Assembly (NCBI RefSeq): GCF_017744655.1
Contig: NZ_JAGIAW010000011.1
Coordinates: 22,205-86,204 of the forward strand
Source: Devosia sp.
GTDB lineage: Bacteria > Pseudomonadota > Alphaproteobacteria > Rhizobiales > Devosiaceae
Direction: 5' to 3'
Length of the DNA stretch: 64,000 bases
Part shown: positions 60,177 to 64,000 of the stretch, piece by piece
Layout of the letters: every line of letters starts with the position of its first letter
How positions within the stretch are numbered: the stretch's first letter is position 1
Translations under genes and position numbers: made by a program
Notes under the pieces: generated by a model
What the model saw: the letters and a program-made list of their open reading frames with translations, nothing else
Database searches by the model: none
Told to the model about the DNA's origin: nothing

Positions 60177-60209
60177 GCCTAAGGCCGGCCCATTAAGGCC
60201 GGCACTCGC

Positions 60210-60701
60210 TTACTTGGTTTTGGTCTTTCCCATTGCCGGCGCATTGGCTTCGGCCTGCAGCCGATCCATCAGCGCACGCCATTCTTCATAGGCCGCTTCC
60301 TGATCCGGCAGGGCTTCGCGCGAACCGCCGAGCTCGACCAGTTCACCCAGCACCACTTCGACATCAGGACCTTTTTCCTCGCAGGTCCCGGCCTCGTCGA
60401 GCGCGTTGAAGGCGGGGGTGTAGTAAGTGGTGTCGTAGTCGTCGGTGCTGAGCTTGAGCTGACCATAGGCGAGGAGATCCGCGGAATCAGTCAGCAACGA
60501 CCAGTCCTCGTCGGTCACCTCATAACCCGCGCAATTGCTCGACACGACATTGGCGAGCACGACCCGCTCCAGAAATGCCTCGGCCTCGGCTCCCGAATAG
60601 GAGGTCAGATCGGGCAGCTGCACGAAAATCTTGCCATCGGCAGTCGCCTGCTGCGCTCCCATGGCAAGAAGCAGTCCCGATATCAGCGCTTTCTTGAGCA
60701 T
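60210..60701 (-). CDS. Hypothetical secreted acidic protein
   Basis: Signal peptide MLKKALISGLLLAMGAQQATA. 163 aa. No family recognised. Confidence 0.5.
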   Translation of the reverse strand: MLKKALISGLLLAMGAQQATADGKIFVQLPDLTSYSGAEAEAFLERVVLANVVSSNCAGYEVTDEDWSLLTDSADLLAYGQLKLSTDDYDTTYYTPAFNALDEAGTCEEKGPDVEVVLGELVELGGSREALPDQEAAYEEWRALMDRLQAEANAPAMGKTKTK

Positions 60702-60769
60702 TTTGCATTCCCGATTGTTGGCTTCGCCCCGAAGGTACTGAGCTTCATGGAGAAATAACGGCAGAAGGA

Positions 60770-61654
60770 CTATTGCGGCTGGCCGCCCACGAATTGAACC
60801 GCCCGCGCACCATTGGCGATGCCGCGCTCAAGGCACTCCTCGACTGCTTGCCCGTCCGTCAGCGCGGCAATGAAGCCGGCGGCGAAAGCGTCGCCTGCAC
60901 CGGTCGAATCGACCACTTTCACGATCGGCGCGGCACGGCTGAAATCGACGCCATGCGCGCCGCCAACCGCGGCACCGAACTGCCCGCGCTTGATGACGAC
61001 ATGTTTGAACTGCGCGCCAAGGATGCGCATCTGCTCTTCAAAGCCAGCGACGCCCGCCAGCATTTCCGCTTCGCTTTCATTGGCAAAGAGCCAGTCGGCC
61101 GCGCCAACCCAGGCAAGGAACGTCTGCGGCCCGACTTCGTCGAGAAAGCCGATCGAGGCTGGGTCGATGGCAATCGAGATACTGCGTTTGCGCGCTCGAC
61201 CCAGCAGCGACTGCACGACGGAGCGCGGCCCCGGCGCGAAGAAGCTGTAGCCGGAGACCAGCACCAGGCCCGTCCCATTGAGGAGGCTATCAGGCAGGTC
61301 TTCGGCGCAAAGATTGAGATTGGCGCCGCGATCGGTGAGGAAACTGCGCTCCCCGCTGGGATCGAGTATCGTCACCAGCACGCCCGAGCCCAATTGCGGA
61401 TCGCCCGCCAGCATCGGTGTCACGTTGCGCAGGCGGAAGTGCCCCTCATGGCTCGCCTTGTCGACCATGCCAACCCGGGCAGCAAACACCACATCGGCCC
61501 CGGCCGCACCAAGCCACACGGCCTGATTGGCGCCCGAACCACCGGCACGGCTTTCGATCGCCGCCCGCCGGTCGGAGCCGAACACGATCGGCCCTTCCGG
61601 TTTGACGATGACGTCGGTCATCACGTCGCCGACGACGAGGACCCTTTTGCTCAT
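60770..61654 (-). CDS. PfkB family carbohydrate kinase (pseudouridine-kinase-like by context)
   Basis: ..GGSGANQAVW.. and the C-terminal DSTGAGDAFAAGF PfkB motif. 4-nt overlap with the upstream psuG gene. Confidence 0.7.
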   Translation of the reverse strand: MSKRVLVVGDVMTDVIVKPEGPIVFGSDRRAAIESRAGGSGANQAVWLGAAGADVVFAARVGMVDKASHEGHFRLRNVTPMLAGDPQLGSGVLVTILDPSGERSFLTDRGANLNLCAEDLPDSLLNGTGLVLVSGYSFFAPGPRSVVQSLLGRARKRSISIAIDPASIGFLDEVGPQTFLAWVGAADWLFANESEAEMLAGVAGFEEQMRILGAQFKHVVIKRGQFGAAVGGAHGVDFSRAAPIVKVVDSTGAGDAFAAGFIAALTDGQAVEECLERGIANGARAVQFVGGQPQ

Positions 61655-62598
61655 GCGCGACGAACGGGTGCCTTGCCGGCCTGAAGATGCGCCAAGGCCA
61701 CCGCGATCTGGCCGGCCACCAGCGCATTGTTCTTAACGAGCGCGATATTGGACACGAGCGACTTGCCATCCGTCAGCTCAAAAATCCGCTGCAACAGGAA
61801 CGGCGTCATCGCCTTGCCTTTCACCCCCTTGGCGTCGGCGTCAGCCAGAGCCTGAGTGATGAAACCCTCGATGGCGCCCGCTTCCCAGGCATCGGCTTCC
61901 GGGATCGGGTTGGCAATCAGCACGCCGCCCATTTCGAGATCGGACTGGATGGCCAGCATCTTGGCCACACCCTCGGCATCGTCAAACCGGTGATCGACAC
62001 CAAAGCCGCTTTCGCGCGCCCAGAAGGCCGGGAAATGGTCGGTACCGAAACCGAGGACCGGCACACCATTTGTCTCGAGCACTTCCAGCGTCTTGGCGAT
62101 ATCTAGGATCGACTTGGCACCGGCACAGATCACCGTCACCGGCGTCCGGCCCAGTTCTTCAAGATCGGCCGAAATATCAAAGCTGTCCTCGGCACCGCGA
62201 TGCACACCGCCAATGCCGCCAGTGGCAAAGACCTTGATGCCCGCAAGCGCGGCGATCTGCATGGTCGTTGCAACGGTGGTCCCGGCCGTGGTCCCGCTTG
62301 CCAGCAGCGCCGCGACGTCACGACGGCTCGCCTTGGCCGCCTTATGGCCTTCGAGAGCAAGACGCTCGAGGTCTTCCCCGGCAAGACCGACGCACAGCCT
62401 TCCATCCATGATGGCAATGGTCGCGGGCACTGCGCCGGTTGCCCGCACCACGTCCTCGACTTCGTTGGCCATGGCGAGGTTCTGCGGATAGGGCATGCCA
62501 TGGGTGATGATGGTGGATTCGAGCGCCACCACGGCCTTGCCTGCAGCGAGCGCCGCCTTCACGTCTGCCGATATTGAGAGATAGGCCTTGCCGCTCAT
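61651..62598 (-). CDS. psuG: Pseudouridine-5'-phosphate glycosidase
   Basis: ..VVALESTIITHGMPYPQN.., ..ATGGIGGVHRGA...DISADL.EL.. are IndA/YeiN family motifs. ATG 62598 has an AAGAGG SD. Alternative ATGs at 62628 and 62691. Confidence 0.8.
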   Translation of the reverse strand: MSGKAYLSISADVKAALAAGKAVVALESTIITHGMPYPQNLAMANEVEDVVRATGAVPATIAIMDGRLCVGLAGEDLERLALEGHKAAKASRRDVAALLASGTTAGTTVATTMQIAALAGIKVFATGGIGGVHRGAEDSFDISADLEELGRTPVTVICAGAKSILDIAKTLEVLETNGVPVLGFGTDHFPAFWARESGFGVDHRFDDAEGVAKMLAIQSDLEMGGVLIANPIPEADAWEAGAIEGFITQALADADAKGVKGKAMTPFLLQRIFELTDGKSLVSNIALVKNNALVAGQIAVALAHLQAGKAPVRRA

Positions 62599-63008
62599 CC
62601 GCGCCTCTTTCGAACTGTTCGTGGGCATATAGGTACGCCCCTTGTTGCCAGCGCTTTTGCGCTCGGGCAGTTCTCTGGTCAACCCCCGCAAAAACTTCTG
62701 TTTGTCCGTCTTGTCGCTCCCAAAAAATGACTTTAGTTTGCCTGTCGATCAGAGAGGGAAAGGGCACTTCGCTGACCAGGTCTTTTGTTGATGGCGCAAC
62801 TCTTGCGCGTCGATATCAGCCCCATGCCGGGCCGATCACAGCGATAGTCCCGGGCGCCCTTCGGCGTCCCCTGAAGACGTGTTCCCAATTGTTCGCCAAT
62901 TCTGTGCCGGGCACTCAAAGATGAGCGCCCGGGCCTGAGCCCTGCCATTCGAACCTCCCCTCCCCAAGAGGGGCTATGCCCCCGATTATTACTTGGAGCT
63001 TTGACGTT

Positions 63009-64000
63009 ATGAACAAGACGCTCGCCCTCGCCTTTGGCGCCCTGGTGGCCGCAAGCCCCGCTCTGGCCCAGGAGGAACCGGTCCTCAACGTCTATAATTG
63101 GTCCGACTATATTGCCGAGGACACCATCGCCAATTTCGAGGCGGAGACCGGCATCAAGGTCAATTACGACGTCTACGACAATAACGAGATCGTCGACGCC
63201 AAGCTCCTTGCCGGTAATTCCGGCTATGACATCGTCGTTCCCTCGGGCAATTTCCTCGAACGCCAGATCAAGGCCGGCCTGATCCTGCCGCTCGACAAGT
63301 CCAAGCTGACCAATCTCGGCAATCTCGACCCGGCCGTCATGGCCACCGCCGCCGAGCAGGACCCGGACAACGCCCATGGCGTGCCCTACATGATCAACAC
63401 CATCGGCCTCGGCTACAATGTGGCCAAGGTGACGGCCGCCCTCGGCCCCGATGCCGATCTTGAAAGCTGGGACCTCCTCTTCAAGCCTGAAGTCGTCGAG
63501 AAGCTCGCCGGTTGCGGCGTTGCCGTGCTCGACAGCCCCTCCGAGGTCACCGGCATTGCGCTCCACTATCTCGGCCTCGATCCGAATTCGGAGAGCGAGG
63601 AAGACCTCGCCAAGGCCGAGGAACTGCTCAATTCGATCAAGCCCTCGATCCGCTATTTCCATTCGAGCCAGTATATCGACGACCTCGGCAATGGCGAAAT
63701 CTGCCTGGCGCTCGGCTATTCCGGCGACATCTTCATCGCTTCGGACGCTGCTGCCCAGGCCGGCCAGGGCAATGAAGTGACTTACCTCATCCCCAAGGAA
63801 GGCGCCGCGACGCTCTTTGACTTCCTGGCGATCCCGATCGATGCCCCGCATCCGGACAATGCCCACAAGTTCATCGACTATATCCTCAAGCCCGAAGTCG
63901 TGGCCGCGATCACCAACTACGTGTTCTACGCCAACCCGAACCTGCCGGCGCTCGAATTTGTCGACGAGGAAGTCAAGTCCAACCCGGGCATCTATCCGCC
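63009..64000 (+). CDS. Spermidine/putrescine ABC transporter substrate-binding protein (PotD/PotF-like), partial
   Basis: MNKTLALAFGALVAASPALAQEEPVLNVYNWSDYIAEDTIANFEAETGIKVNYDVYDNNE.. is the canonical PotF/PotD N-terminus. The ORF runs off the window end, so it is absent from the track. Confidence 0.85.
   Translation, partial: MNKTLALAFGALVAASPALAQEEPVLNVYNWSDYIAEDTIANFEAETGIKVNYDVYDNNEIVDAKLLAGNSGYDIVVPSGNFLERQIKAGLILPLDKSKLTNLGNLDPAVMATAAEQDPDNAHGVPYMINTIGLGYNVAKVTAALGPDADLESWDLLFKPEVVEKLAGCGVAVLDSPSEVTGIALHYLGLDPNSESEEDLAKAEELLNSIKPSIRYFHSSQYIDDLGNGEICLALGYSGDIFIASDAAAQAGQGNEVTYLIPKEGAATLFDFLAIPIDAPHPDNAHKFIDYILKPEVVAAITNYVFYANPNLPALEFVDEEVKSNPGIYP

Noticed and set aside
62692-63008. Possible riboswitch or attenuator in the ~310-nt leader between psuG and the potF-like gene, which has competing hairpins CCCCTC/GAGGGG and GGGGC/GCCCC around 62956-62981
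   Set aside because: It does not resemble any riboswitch class I can recognise, and GC-rich DNA forms such stems by chance. An Rfam scan would still be worthwhile.
62733-63866. 377-aa minus-strand ORF
   Set aside because: It is antisense to the potF/potD-like gene, whose N-terminus is canonical. The plus-strand gene is missing from the track only because it has no stop inside the window.
1-64000. Search for CRISPR arrays, rRNA/tRNA genes, IS elements, integrases and phage genes
   Set aside because: No regularly spaced direct repeats, no cloverleaf-like conserved tRNA segments, and no transposase- or integrase-like ORFs were noticed in intergenic regions. A tRNAscan or Infernal run is needed to be certain about small RNAs.

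Overview
High-GC chromosomal segment whose gene content and local synteny (comF/methyltransferase, helicase-S4-fdxA-carD, DUF3108-rpmB, CheS plus two CheY) look alphaproteobacterial, Hyphomicrobiales/Rhizobiales-like. This taxon call is an inference from recognised protein families, not from a search. About 55 protein-coding genes are supportable. I found no rRNA, tRNA, CRISPR array or transposase. Positions 1-34 kb are mostly housekeeping: pyruvate carboxylase, a heterodimeric ABC exporter, a split Liv-type amino-acid ABC transporter locus, mgsA, rpmB, an L,D-transpeptidase and a GGDEF-EAL protein. This part also holds an Xre/RES toxin-antitoxin pair and one chemoreceptor gene broken by an in-frame TAG. 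Positions 34.1-55.9 kb form a chemosensory supercluster on the minus strand. It has six tandem methyl-accepting chemotaxis protein (MCP) genes: globin-coupled, dual-PAS, dCache, two single-Cache-like and one large double-Cache-like. These sit next to cheY2, cheB, cheR and cheD, and then cheW, cheA, cheY1 and a CheS-like STAS gene. The che genes are interrupted by a terminator, an osmC gene and a small opposite-strand ORF. That ORF carries a CheZ-like QD-x3-Q motif and is the most interesting candidate here. Positions 56-64 kb carry oxidoreductases, a siderophore-interacting protein, a psuG/PfkB-kinase pair and a partial potF-like gene. Many long antisense shadow ORFs in the track were rejected. 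All family assignments come from motif recognition by eye, and start codons are often uncertain.
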